Origin: the human T2T-CHM13v2.0 reference genome, Homo sapiens
Strand: one strand, 5' to 3'
Length of the DNA stretch: 64,000 nt
Assembly: GCF_009914755.1 (NCBI RefSeq)
Contig: NC_060934.1
Shown: positions 40,558 to 57,538 of the stretch, piece after piece
Numbering within the stretch: position 1 is the first letter of the stretch
Layout of the letters: each line of letters opens with the position of its first letter
Notes under the pieces: model-generated
Told to the model about the DNA's origin: nothing
Seen by the model: only the letters and a program-made list of their open reading frames with translations
Database searches by the model: none
Made by a program: the position numbers and the translations under genes

Positions 40558-41851
40558 TTATGCCCATTCCAGATGCCTGCTGCAAGCCCAGGGGAATCCA
40601 CCCTGAGGAGCTGCTGTTCTTTCCCTTCGCTAGGACAGGAGAGAAGAAAAAGCTCACTGTGCAGGAGGCAAGCCTGAGGAGAGACGGGAGAAGGTGCCGG
40701 CTCTGCTTCTGAGAGTGGGCACTGAGCTTGCCCCGTGGAGCTCTTTAAGAGTAGGGAGACACAGACTCTCTCTGCCCCTGCCCCAGCCCACGTGCCCAGG
40801 TCTGTGAAACTCCACTTAGGACAAGGGGCCAGGTGCTGAAAGCCCTCAGCCAGGTCTAGGCAGCCCCAGATATCTACTGATTTGGAGCTAAAGGTTTGGA
40901 ATATGTGAGCTGGGGTTTGAGGACTGAGCAGGTGGCTGGCAGCATGCGCCAGGCCCAGGCCCAGGAGAAAGTGGAGCACAGAAATACAGCTGCACCTGGG
41001 GGAAAGGAGAGGAAAGAAAGCAAAGAGGGGGCAGTTCTGAGCCAACACCCACATCCTTTCTTGGTGGGGAGGGAGCTGAGACAGCAACTGCCAGCTGAAG
41101 GATTGTCCCTCTGAGGAAAAATAAACCCATTAGCCTCCACCCCTGAGACACTGAGGTTCTTTCATATGCAGATGGCCTCCTGCCTCCACCCCAGGACACT
41201 GAGAATTCTGGGGCCCCGGACACCTCAAGTATCCTGACAGGAGGGCTCCGCTAATCCCCTTACTCCCTTCTTGAGCCTCCCAAGAGAATGGAAGGAGGAG
41301 GTCCACGTGAGTAATCCCATCAAAACTCCTATGGCTGGAGCCCTTAAATGGGGGCACAGGAGGCCAGGTGGGAAGCCTCTTTTGTTCCAATGGGCTGGGT
41401 ACTGACTGAGGCATTCTCCATGCCCGGACACCATGGCTGAGTGACGGTGTCATCACTAGCACCAAGGCCTGGTGATGGGCAGACAAAGAGGCCTGTCCAT
41501 CCATCTCATACCGGCCTCATAGCCTTGTGGCCTGGAATGGAGCTGGGGGCTGATTTCAATCAAACTAGGCCAGTCTCCATGGGATCCCACTCTATCAGAA
41601 TCCCTGACCAAAGTGAGCAAAACTTGCCTATTACAAGCAGCTCCTAATCCTAATGCCCATTGAACAAATGATACATCTAGCCCTAAATGCAGTCCAGTGT
41701 CTCTCTAATCTAGCTTTTACATGAACCTAATCGCTAACCCAACTCTAAACCAAACCCAAATCTTATTTCTTGGACAACTACAAATCTTAACTTAAAAGCA
41801 ACCAACATTAAGAAAATCCTACGCCTAATTAAAGCCTAACTTTAACTCAAT

Positions 41852-42200
41852 CTTTTTTTTTTTTTCAGACAGAGTCTTGCTCTGTTGCCCAGGCTAGAGT
41901 GCAGTGGCACAATCTTGGCTCGCTGCAACCTCCGCCTCCCAGGTTCAAGCAAATCTCCCACCTCAGCCTCCCAAGAAACTGGGATTATAGGCATGAGCCA
42001 CGGCACCCGCCTAACTTTTTTGTATTTTTAGTAGAGACGGGGTTTCGCCATGTTTGCCAGGCTGGAAATTTTTGTATGTTTTATAGAGACAGGGTTTCAC
42101 CACGTTGGCCAGGCTGGTCTCGAGCTCCTGAGCTCAGATGATCTGTCCACCCTGTTCTCCCAATGTGCTGGGATTAAAGGCATAAGCCACTGTGCCTGGT
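41852..42200 (-). mobile_element. Alu with internal ~50-bp duplication
   Basis: Reverse Alu; the segment tttttgtat..agagac.gggtttc.ccatgtt.gccaggctgg occurs twice. Confidence 0.85.
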
Positions 42201-42299
42201 CTTAACTCCATCTTGATGGAGCTTTCTTCCAGCCCCAAACCAAATCCTACTGACACTGTGCTTTTACACCAACTCTACCCCAAATCCTGAGCCAGCCTT

Positions 42300-42450
42300 G
42301 CGTGGGCTTTAGAAGGTCCATACATCTGGAAAAAGACATAAACCTTTGCACATTTGTGCATTTTGGGGAGAAAACAGTCCACAGTTTTCATCAGGTTCTC
42401 AAAGAAGTTGGTGAAATAAAAAAAAAAGATAAAATAAAATATTAAAACCC
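42300..42450. mobile_element. hAT-Charlie-like DNA transposon remnant
   Basis: gtccacagttttcatcaggttctcaaag..aaaaaaagat resembles Charlie-type MER ends. Confidence 0.5.
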
Positions 42451-42804
42451 TCTGCCCTGACCCACCCTAACCTCAGTACAGATATAATTCACCTGTAATC
42501 TAACCCTAACATTAACCCAATCCTAACACCAATCAGTCTAGAATTGAATCCAATCCTAATAGGCCTGACTACTGAGAACCAGAATCTAGAGGGCTGGTGT
42601 TACAGCTCTTTCCTCCCAAAGCTCCCCACCCCCACCTCTGGGCCTGGAGCTTCAGTCTTAACTTGCTCTGTGCTCAACCTCTGGTGATCCACAGTTTCCT
42701 CTGCCTGCTGTCCTCCCCAGCTGAGGAGTTGGGGGTTCTTGGCTTTGACCCAAGACCTTACAGCAGGACCTGGCTGTCCTCACTGCTCTGGGACACCTGC
42801 TTAC

Positions 42805-42933
42805 TGTCTGCTCAATCTCTGTAGCCTCCTCCCTGGGCATACGTTCCAGGAAGTCACTGTAATGCTTCAGGCCGATGGCCTGCTGGGTTGTCAGGGAGGC
42901 CTGGCTGCGGATGTCTTCCAGACTTCGGAAGCC
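42805..42933 (-). CDS. POLL: DNA polymerase lambda exon
   Basis: [43 protein letters not shown]; 129 nt; ccag| and |gtaag. Confidence 0.98.
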
Positions 42934-43450
42934 CTGGAAAAAAGCAGCCAGATGGGAAGCTGTAAGGATCCAGGACCAATGAAGAGGCATGAGTGAGCAC
43001 ACACACAAGGCTTCCATCGCCCCAGACTCTAGGGAAGGCTAGAGGCAGGACCAACCTAGGGGCAGTTTGGTCTGTACTCAGCAGGACTTGGGAAAGGCAG
43101 GGAGCATGGGAAACATGCCATCATCCAGCCCTGCCACTATCCTAAGATGCTCGTTCATGATTCCATCAGTCTGAGGATGGACCTTGTCATCTTCATCCTT
43201 ACCAAGCTGCCCTGGTGATTGTGGGCAGAGCCAGGATTGGGAACCACTGCTCTAGACACGCAGTGTCAAGGCCTGGCCTCCTCAGGAAGGCCCTTGCTGG
43301 TCTGGGGAGACTGAGAAACATACTTCTTGTCCCTGTCTACTCCTTCTTAAGGATACCAAGCAACAAGGCTGTTCTGGGAGCTGAGGGGTCTATATGAGTC
43401 CTGGTCCGCTTGAAAAATGGTCTCCCTATACTGTGGGTGCATTCCCATCA

Positions 43451-43723
<273 letters not shown>

Positions 43724-43981
43724 CTAGAGGAGGAGGAGGCAGAGGCAAGAAAGAAGAGTGAGGAGATGGAAGAGGTAGAGCCAGTGGAAAGGAAGCTGAC
43801 TCCTCTAGCAGATGCTGGCATAAAAGCCAGCCTGGCTGCTTGGCAACTGTGTGGCTGTGTAAAGCTTGGGTGTAGTTGAAGATGAGAATTTTGGATAGAA
43901 TGAGGGCTGGGTAATTTGTCTTTTGGTTCCCAGAAGGATGGAGACCAGCAGTAAGAAGTAGAAAATAATGATGATATTAGT

Positions 43982-44010
43982 CACCACCACCACCACCACC
44001 ATCATCATCA
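43982..44010 (+). repeat. Compound (CAC)n(CAT)n microsatellite adjoining a MIR
   Basis: caccaccaccaccaccaccatcatcatca; reverse MIR follows at ~44020-44220. Confidence 0.85.
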
Positions 44011-44237
44011 TTCCAACAGCAAGAGCTAACATTTACTGAGGGCTTACTCTATGTCAGGTCCTGTGCTACAGGGACCATTTCATTTAATAGTAGCCCCTTT
44101 TTACTAATGAGAAAACTGATGCTTTGAGAGTTTAAGTAACTTGTCTGGAGTCACACAGTTAGTGAATGACAGGAACCAGAGTTCAAACCCTGGTCTGTTA
44201 GGCTTCAGAGTCCAAACTTCTTTTAAACAACTTTTTA

Positions 44238-44400
44238 GGCGGGACACAAGGGCTCATGGCTGTAATCCCAGCACTTTGCAGGGCTGAGCCGAGGGTAGAT
44301 TGCTTGAGCCCAGGAGTTCAAGACCAGCCTGGGTAACACGGCAAAACACCATCTCTGCTAAATAAATGAATAAATAAATAAATAAACAAAATTAAAAATA
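44238..44400 (+). mobile_element. FLAM / Alu monomer with (TAAA)n tail
   Basis: Single Alu arm; TSD aactttt. Confidence 0.8.
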
Positions 44401-44631
44401 AAAAACTTTTAATTATGTTAAAAAATTCAAAAGTAGAGAGATCCATATAACCCCCAAGTATCGTACATCTCCCAGCTTCAACAACTATCAAGATTTTGCC
44501 AATCTGCTTTCATCAATTTTCCTTTTTTTTCTTTTGTGCAAGTCCTAGACCCCATAAAATCTTCACCACTGTACCTGAACCCCACTGGGGTTACTAACCA
44601 CTGGCCAGTAAAGACCCCTCCTCCCACTCTA

Positions 44632-45018
<387 letters not shown>

Positions 45019-45357
45019 TTAAAGGTGGGGGTCATCTTCTTTGTGCGGGGGGAGGGTCTTCTAGTCAGACCTAAGAATGAGGCGGGGCCTTCTGCATCAG
45101 ACTTGGATCTCCTTGGGTGTGAGGCCACGTTCCCTTTGGCTCCACGCAGTGCCTAGCCCTAGGATCCCCAGTGGTATGTGTTAGATATGGCCTAGATAAA
45201 TGCAGCAGTGATGAGTGTTGGGAAGAGCTAAATGGCTTCACAATAGAGCCCTCCTCTCTCAGGGGCCTGGGACTTTCTGAACAGCCACCAGGCCCACCCC
45301 ATTTCTGTGATCTGCTTCCTAGGGGAAGGGAGTTCTGAGGGATGGGAGGCTCCTGAC

Positions 45358-45520
45358 CTGGGCTTGGGTGTTTGGTGCCTCTTTTGCCTTTTGGGGAGGA
45401 GACACAGGCCTGGTGGGAGGAGGAGGAGGAGAAAGGGCTGTCTGAAGCAGGGCCTCATGGGTGCCAGGAGGAATAGAAGCATCCTGCTCTGCCTTGCTGG
45501 GCTGTGGATGGTCCAAGTAC
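45358..45520 (-). CDS. POLL: DNA polymerase lambda exon (Ser/Pro-rich region)
   Basis: (R)[40 protein letters not shown]; 163 nt. Confidence 0.97.
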
Positions 45521-45660
45521 CTGTGGGGATGGTGATGGGAGGTTAAGACACCAAAGGTCTCACCCTGTATCTGTCCCCAGTCCTTCTGTACTCTGAAATA
45601 CTTGGTTTCCCAGTGTGTCCAATTAAGAAAACGAGTTTTTTGAGGTTTTTGGAGTTTCTC

Positions 45661-45820
45661 TTGAGACAGGGTCTTGCTCTGTCACCCAGGCTGGAGTACA
45701 GTGGTACGATCAAGGCTCACTGCAGCCTTAACCTCCCTGGCTCAATCAATCCTCCCACCTAAACCTCTTATAGCTGGGACTACAGGCACACCCCACCATG
45801 CCTGGCTAATTTTTTAATTA
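45661..45820 (-). mobile_element. Alu right arm (FRAM/AluJ)
   Basis: gagacagggtcttgctctgtcacccagg..cctggctaatttttt. Confidence 0.8.
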
Positions 45821-45903
45821 ATGATAGTTATTTTTAATAATTCAAGAAAAGAGCTCAAGATGCTACTAGAAAACATTTGAAAAAAAGACTGGGATCAGCC
45901 CAC

Positions 45904-46198
45904 CTACTGGGGATGAAGATGCTGAATCCAGCTACATCCACCAGCCTCCTCTCCTGAAGGCACAAGCTCAGCCAGGCTGACTTCACCAGCTGAGCACCCG
46001 GGGGCAGCTGGGGTAGTCTGAGAAGGCGGAGGGCTCGCTCATAGTCCATGCCTTCATCCACCACAATGTGAGTGACACCTGGGCCCTGGGCAGGGCATAG
46101 CTGGCCGCCATGCTGAACAATCTGCTTCTCAAAGAGTTCTGCCCGGGCTCGTCCAATGCCAGTGCGCACAACATGGGCCCGAAGGGAGCTCAGCCACT
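45904..46198 (-). CDS. POLL: DNA polymerase lambda exon (BRCT domain)
   Basis: (E)[61 protein letters not shown]; 295 nt. Confidence 0.98.
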
Positions 46199-46456
46199 CT
46201 GTGGAAGGAACATCCAGATGACTACTAACTTTTTAATTTTTATCTGCCACCCCCTGGCCACGACATAACTTCTAACATGATCTGAATGACGTGTTCACAG
46301 TCCCCTACCCTGAAAATAAGCATTTCCCTTCCATCCAGACAGCTTTCCTTCTACATATAGCAAATTTTCTCACAGGCCAGCACTTGAATGTAAGGGACAA
46401 GGATTTTCATACGTCCTGTTCCTTGGTGCAATCTAGAAGTGTCTGGCACATTGTAA

Positions 46457-46831
<375 letters not shown>

Positions 46832-47282
46832 TCTCTCCATACTTTGAATCCTTTATCATTTATTCTTTCAACAAAGCGCGTTTCTTGCCCTTACAGTCTG
46901 ACAGACCCGACAACCCTGCCTCCAAAGCCTCTGCCATTTATTTGCCAATTTGGCTGCAAAACAACTAACAACAAGCCTGGGTAATGGAGGGGGGTTTCTG
47001 TCCCAGTCCTCAGGGCAAAAATTATACTGGTCATTCCCTGAGGGCCCAGGGAGTCTTTTCTGATGGATAGAGGTCTTCGGGTAGAAAAGAAGGTAACACA
47101 GCAAATAGCCTGTCCAAGACCCAGGACCAAGCTTAGCACAAGGTAGATACAAACAGACCTGCAGGCCCTGGACAGGCAGAGTCAGCTCCAATATCTGATT
47201 CTGGACATAAACAACGTAGGGCTGAAGCACATGAAGGCTGTGGGTTCAAGCACACGAGGGTTCTGAGACTGGGTCAGCTCAC

Positions 47283-47397
47283 CTTCTGCTTCTTCTCCCT
47301 CTTCCCTCCTAGGAATCTTTGCAAGTACTTTTGATGATGCATCAGCATGAATTTTCTGCCGCTTGGGAAATGCCTTCAAGATACCCCTGGGATCCAT
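47283..47397 (-). CDS. POLL: DNA polymerase lambda first coding exon
   Basis: ATG at 47397; [38 protein letters not shown]; 115 nt. Eight exons total 1728 nt = 575 aa + stop. 5'UTR part extends to a CAGCAG (NAGNAG) acceptor at 47443/47440. Confidence 0.98.
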
Positions 47398-47836
47398 TGA
47401 AGTATGGCTGGATCCCGGCCTATTGGAGCGTTGGTCAGGGCTGCTGCACGTGGAAATCCAGAATTGAGGCCCTCCAACCCCTTTGCCTATGGAGGTAGGG
47501 TCTTTCCTGACCAGGCTTTGGGGGTAGCAGCCCAGTTTGGGGAAGCGGGTCGGGGGAGGGGGTCTCTTCAAACCCGGTTAAACTTCAGTGGTTTAGCCTA
47601 GCTTCACACTCCCCAGCCTTTCGAAGTTGGAGTATTACGGGAAATGAGGGGAAGGCTGGTGCCATCGGGGGTACTTTTGAGGAGTAGGAAACGACACCAT
47701 TCCTCAGAGGGGTTGCGCTAAAGATTCAGCACAGCCCTGCTGCGGCCCACTTCGAAGGGCTTTACCAAATGGGATGCTGGGCTAGGAAATGGAGCTTTAG
47801 GGGATGGAGCGGAGCCTGGGGAGGACCTGCACATAA

Positions 47837-48601
<765 letters not shown>

Positions 48602-49498
48602 TGACTGGAACACATGTCTCCGGACACCCCTTAGATTCCTCTACACCATCTCGCTCCGCTCTGATTTCTGTTGCTAATATAGTAATTTCTTTTACATTCA
48701 TTATCTCATTTGCTCCTCACCACTGTCCTGAGAGGCTAATTTTCACCCCGTTTTACAGAAGAGGAAACTGAAATCCAAGAATGTTTTAGACTTTAGAGAG
48801 GAGAGAGGCCTGGGCTCTAGTTCCGACTGTGCCATTAATTCACCACGGGCGCTTCAGTCGGCTCCTTTACTTGTTTGGGCCTCACTTTCCTCATCTATAA
48901 AATGAAGTGGATGGACTACCATTGTTATCTCTGAGGTCCTTTCCAGCTGTAATATTTTTGTTAAGTGAACTTCTAAATATTTTCTGTGTCTTTAGGGGAG
49001 CTAGAGCAAGAACCAAGGGCTGTGCCTGGAAGAAGTGGGCACAGGGGCATGGATACCTAACTTTTCCCCACCCTAGGATTGGCCGATGCCGGCCCCTTTG
49101 TGCACTTGGGTCCTTTCTGGACCCACTGGGTAGCCAGGATGAATTGCGTCTGAAGTTCCTGAGGCTTTCAAGATAACAACTGGTGACTCATGTTCACAGG
49201 CAGGGGCCAATCAGGGAAGCCTGGAGTTTGTGGAAATTAAAATCATTTACTCGTTCGTGCAACATTTAGGAAGACTTTTACTATGTGCCAAGCTCTAAAC
49301 TAGAACAGAAAGAAAAAGATATGTTGTCCCAGGACTCAGAGTGGTTGGGAAAAACATGTACTTAAATAATAAGAAGCGTTAAATAGAGGTTGTAGTCTTG
49401 TATAAAATGGTAGGAAAGAGTGAAGGTGTAAGTGACATCTCTTTGGAGGAAGACCCAACAGAAGTGATGATGTTTCTGGGTCCTAAAGAATTAATAAG

Positions 49499-50120
<622 letters not shown>

Positions 50121-50464
50121 AATTAATAGGCGTTTGCTGAGTGAAGAAGAGGGGATAGCTATTCAAAGAACAACTCACATATAAGGACCCTATGTGAAGG
50201 TGTGAAGGTACGTGCCTGATTACTAGAGGAATAACAAAATGTTTAGTAATGTTAAAGCAGTCACTCAGTCAGAACAAACCACCTATAACTATGTCAGGTA
50301 CTATTCTAGGTGCCAGGATGGAAGCGAGAATAAAAAGGTCCCTTTTCTCAAGGAGCAATGAGGGGAAGTTGTGGAAAATGAAGAGAGATGACAGATAAGT
50401 TGGGACATATTGTGATAGATCTCTTATGCCTTGCTAAAGATTTAGGACATTTTCTCATAGGACA

Positions 50465-51365
50465 GTGGTTTTTGTTTTTATTGTGGTAATAAATACATAA
50501 CAGAATTTAGCATTTTAATCATTTTTAAGTGTACAGTTCTGTGGCATTAAGTACATTCACATTGTTGTGCAACTATCACCACCATCTTCAGAACTTTTTA
50601 ATCTTTCTCAACGGAAATTCTTTTTTTTTTTTTTTTTTTAGAGACAGGGTCTTGCTCTGTCACCCAGGCTGTGGGGTACGATCATAGCTCACTGCAGCCT
50701 TGAACTCCTAGGCTCATGTAGTCCTCCCACCTCAGCCTCTTGAATAGCTGGGACTACAGGCATGTGCCACTACACTCAGCTCAAGTGAAATTCTGTACCC
50801 ACCAAATGCCAACTCCTCATTCCCTCCTCCTCCCATCCCCTGGCAACCACCATTCTACTTTCTGTCTATGAATTTGACTGCTCTAGGAACCTCGTCTAAG
50901 TGGAATCATACAATATTTGTCTTTCTGTAACTGGTGTATTTCACTTAGTGTAACGCTTCAAGGTTCATCCATGTTGCCACAGTTGGATACTTCCAGCTGT
51001 GCCATTAATTCACCACAGGATCTCTAGTTGGCCCCTTTACTTGTTTGGATCCTTTCCAGCTGTAATATCGTTCATAAAGTAAACCTCTAAATGTTCCCTG
51101 TGTTTTTAGGGGAGATAGAGCAAGGACCAAGGGCTGTGCCTGGAAGAGGTGGGCACAGAGGTATGGATATTGTAGCATGTGTCAAAATTTTGCTCCTTTT
51201 TAAGGCTGAGTGATATCCATTGTATGTCTACACTGCATTCTGTTTATTTATTCATCTGTTGATGGACACCTGGGTTGCTTCCACCTTTTGGGTATTGTGG
51301 ATAATGCTGCTCTGAACATGAGTATACAAATATCCACTTGAGTCCCTGCTTTCACTGTTTTTGGT
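50465..51365 (-). mobile_element. L1MB-like 3' end, interrupted by a partial Alu (50621-50782) and a locally templated insert (50977-51170)
   Basis: catttttaagtgtacagttc, ccctggcaaccaccattctactttctgtct and gatggacac.tgggttgcttccacc are L1MB 3'UTR reverse motifs. Confidence 0.85.
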
Positions 51366-51699
51366 CACAGAAGTTTTTAAACAAATATTTTATCAGCCAG
51401 GATTTTGTTAAGTTCTTTTGTTAGTAGCATCACAAAATGATATTGTTAAGATTCCACCCTATCCCCAGACTGAAAAACAACTCAGTATTGCATATGTGGT
51501 TAAGCCTTGTCAAACCTGCAGATTTACCCCTGGGTGTGTAGGAGGGGTGTGGGGAGTAGGGGGGAGGTTACTCCCTTCCACCAAGAATCATGGCTATTGA
51601 TATCTTGGGCTGGATAATGAGACTCCATTTTACTTTTGTTTTTTTAAGAAATAATTACATTCATTGTGGAAATATGAAAAATAAAGAAGTCAAATATAA

Positions 51700-53904
<2,205 letters not shown>

Positions 53905-53914
53905 TAGTGCATCA

Positions 53915-54530
53915 GTGTTTATTCATCCTTTCAATCAGTATTTAGTTGAGCTCCTAGTATATGCCAGGAGCCACAGTTGGTCTTTAGGAAACCATAGCAT
54001 GGGGATAAAACCCCTCCTATCTAGTAGAAGAGATAGGCAGTAATCAAAGAGTCACATAAAAAGATGTAAAATCATAACCAAATTAAGTGCCATGAAGAAA
54101 ATACATGGGGACTTAACATTGTGTTACTGTGTGATAGGAATGGCCTGGAGATATGCAGAAGAAGGCAGGGCACTGGCATGGCTAGAGGGAGTGCTTGGTC
54201 AGGAAACCCAATTCAATGTCCTGAACACATAGGTTTGGTTTTAGGAAGTGGGGAGAGAGATAAATACGATGTCATTCATGGGAAGACAAATGCTTTTAAA
54301 AGTATCATGGTATGTAGTAAATGCTCCACTATGGATACGAGTAAAACATTAGGGAGGCACACATGAGGATGTGATTAATCCTACCAAAGTGGCTGGAGGT
54401 GATAGTGGAGGAAGACTTCCCAGTGGAAGTGACATTTGAGCTGGATTTTGAAGGGCAAAGAAGAGTTCCACAGATAGGAAAAAATATGGAGCTGTTGCTT
54501 GTAGAGGAAACAGCAGGGCAAAGATGTTCA
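53915..54530 (+). mobile_element. L2 fragments
   Basis: attcatcctttcaatcagtatttagttgagctcctagtatatgccagg and ggaagacttcccagtggaagtgacatttgagctgg are L2 3' motifs; L2 coding orientation not resolved. Confidence 0.65.
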
Positions 54531-54704
54531 AGGAAAGCTTCAGAAAGGGAGAGAGTCTCAGGACACGTTTTAAAGTAATGGTGGGTGGTGGTTGGCAAGG
54601 AGTTTGGGGAGGTCCTGGCTGGGTTCCTCAGTACTCCCAAGGCTGGCACTGTTTCCCAGGTAGGCCCCTTGATCTGCAAGGGACAGGGCAAGGGGAGACT
54701 TTGA

Positions 54705-54818
<114 letters not shown>

Positions 54819-56369
54819 TGACAGAGGCTCCCAGTGGGCCTTTAGTAATACTTGGGGCTGACATAAGCACAGTGAACACTCCTAGCCTTAGGCTTGAGGT
54901 AGGAGCCCAGATCAAATGTAGAGGCTGGGAGAGACGGAAGCCCTCGAGACAACAACGTTCCTGAGCATAATCTGGGCACCAAAAGTGGAGTGCGAGTCCT
55001 TTTGACCAGTAAAATTCATCCCCACCCCTCACCCCAGACAAATGAGAGAGGGAGTAATTCTAAGATGTAGAGAAACAGTTGGGAAAAAACTTTACAGAGG
55101 AGGTGGTATTGGAAGTGAGCCTTGTAGGTTTAGGAGGGATAAGGGCAGACTTTCACAATTTGTTTTTCCTTGTTTTTTTGTTTGTTTGTTTTGTTTTCTA
55201 AAGCCACACCAGGAGCAAGCGAGTATCAGAGGCAGAGCTTCTGAGCTTGCCTCAAAGGCAACACTATAAAATATGGTCCTTATTTTGAAGAACATCTCAG
55301 TCAAAGAGGGTCAAAACAGTGATTTTGCAGCGTGGTCACTTTCATTCCTGCAGCGCCTTTCCTCTAAGAACAGGCTCATGGGTAGGGGCTCCAGCTCAGA
55401 TTTCTGGGAATTATTTGATTTGTCCACTCTGTTCCCAGGTGTGCACATCAGCATTAACCAGCTTCCCAGAGCTAGGTGGCTGGCTCTTTGACCCAGGGCC
55501 CAAGGCTGTCAGCAGTGGGAGTTGGTCTCTTTATTAAGTTCCATCTGAAATGCTAAGACCAATGATGGAATCACAGGCTGGTTTATTTTCTTGTCATTAT
55601 TCTTGGCTTTAATTTCTTCCTGGGCCTGATCGACAGGTAGTATTGGTGAGGGAATTTCTTTTTCCTTTTTTCTGACAGCTCATAAATGTCTAGAACCGAC
55701 AACATGGATTACACGGGCTTGCATTCCCTCAGTCTCCAGTCTTAAAATGTTTGTCCTGCGCATGTTCAGTCGCACAGTGAAGTGTTGATCCCTCCTTATT
55801 ATGAGCTGCTTGGGCTCCAGTCCCAGTTGGTTTAGTCTGGTGCTATTAAAAATCTTGATGTGTTTAGCATATGACACTGATTCGGTGGAAACCAATACAG
55901 TAGTAATATCCTCACAATGCATTGTAATTTATAGTGCTCCCAGGGGATGACAGCCTTGGAATGCCTAACAGGGGAGAACTTATGAAAGCAGAGGTCACGT
56001 GGACTAGCCACCACCATAACCAGGCCAGAGAATAGCCGCAGCTCCTCACTCCCAGCCCCCCGTGCCACTTCTCTACTCCTCCACACAGAGCAAATAAAAC
56101 AGCTATAGCTGCTGCGGCTGTAAAAACAAACAAATAAAACCCAGGCCTCTTTGTTGTGCTTGGATATGAAACTGAAATTAAAAACAAGTCCAGGTTTCTT
56201 CATTTGTAGCACCATGTGCCCTGATATCCCTTATTAACCTGTCACTTCTCCTAGTGGCAGGTGGGGAATAGACCATGGCTTCCAAACTCCTCTTTCTTAA
56301 AAGCAGAAATGGAGAAGACTGTTCACAGGAGAACACTGTTTGGCTAAAGTTGACCTAATAATGATATTA

Positions 56370-56600
56370 ATAGCGTGACTCTTACTGGGCACCATGCTAA
56401 GTGCTCTACGTGAATTACCTCATTTACTCGTCCTCGTTAAAGCCCTATGAGGTAGATACTCTTGTCTCCATTTTACATTTGGAAAAAATGGAAGCTCAAA
56501 GAGGTTAAGCACCTTGTTGAGAATTATGTAGCTAGTTTCTAAGCCAGGATTTAAGCCTAGTTCTGTCCAATTAAGAGCCCATGCTTTAGTCCTCAACAAC
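56370..56600 (-). mobile_element. MIR
   Basis: caccatgctaagtgctct..ccctatgaggtagatact..ccattttaca..gaggttaagcacctt. Confidence 0.8.
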
Positions 56601-57324
56601 ATAGTGCTGGGAGTTGAGAACACTTAAATCCAACTTTCTTTTCTTCTTACTGTTTTTCTTTCCCCAGAAAGGCCTGAGTGTGGACTGATGGGCAGACAGG
56701 AGGACCTCACTTGAGCCACTGGGCCCAGCTCTAGAACAGCAGATCTTTTTCTTACTCTTCTTCCTATCCACCACTGCTGCCCTGGCAAAATACTCTCCAT
56801 TATTAATTTTTAAGTATAAATAATCCCAGGGGTTGAGCTGGCTTTTGCTTGTGCATTCTATGAAGTAAAGTAGGGACATGGTTTTTGTGGCAATAAATAG
56901 GAATAGTTTCCATTTTTCTAGCTAAGTATACAAATTTGATAATTAGCCAAACCAGTTTTCTGTTAGAAAAATTCAAAGTAATTTACAGAGGAAGAATTGC
57001 CAATAGGTGTGCGTCAGTCTGGGACAGAGTTCCTCCCGTCGGTGTTAATAAGCATGTTAGTGTCCTGTTTTTTTCCTACCCTCTCAGTGCTATTCATTCC
57101 CACCCCCCACAATGATTGCTGCATGTATTCATAGAGGAAAAAACTGAAGGCCCCACAACAATGATCGGAACATCAAACCAGCCTGAGAAGAACACAGCAT
57201 GTCCAAGGGGGCTGAGGCTGAAGGGCAGGCCATCCCCCAGCGATTACATTCGGATTACCGACTTAATCTGCTTTGGTATTTGACCGCCAGCCTAACCACC
57301 CCAGGCTGCATTTGGAGGATATTG

Positions 57325-57538
57325 AGCACTTTCATCCCCAAGCACTTCACTGGCTTTATAAATGACCCACTCGATTCCCTTCGGCCTCCTCTGGGATGGG
57401 ACATGGCAGCTGTTTAATTGCCACATAGCAATGTTGCAGTGTTTTAAGGCAGAAAAGAAGAATCCTGCATCCAGTTGAAGCTGCAGGGAACATTTAGGGA
57501 AGGGGAATGTAATTATCCACATTGGAAGTGGGCCAGGG
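57325..57538 (-). mobile_element. AmnSINE1 (Deu-SINE) remnant, probably exapted as an enhancer
   Basis: cctctgggatgggacatggcagctgtttaa, gaagaatcctgcatccagttgaagctgcaggg and gaatgtaattatccacattggaagtgggccagg align colinearly with the reverse AmnSINE1 consensus as recalled. Confidence 0.8.
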
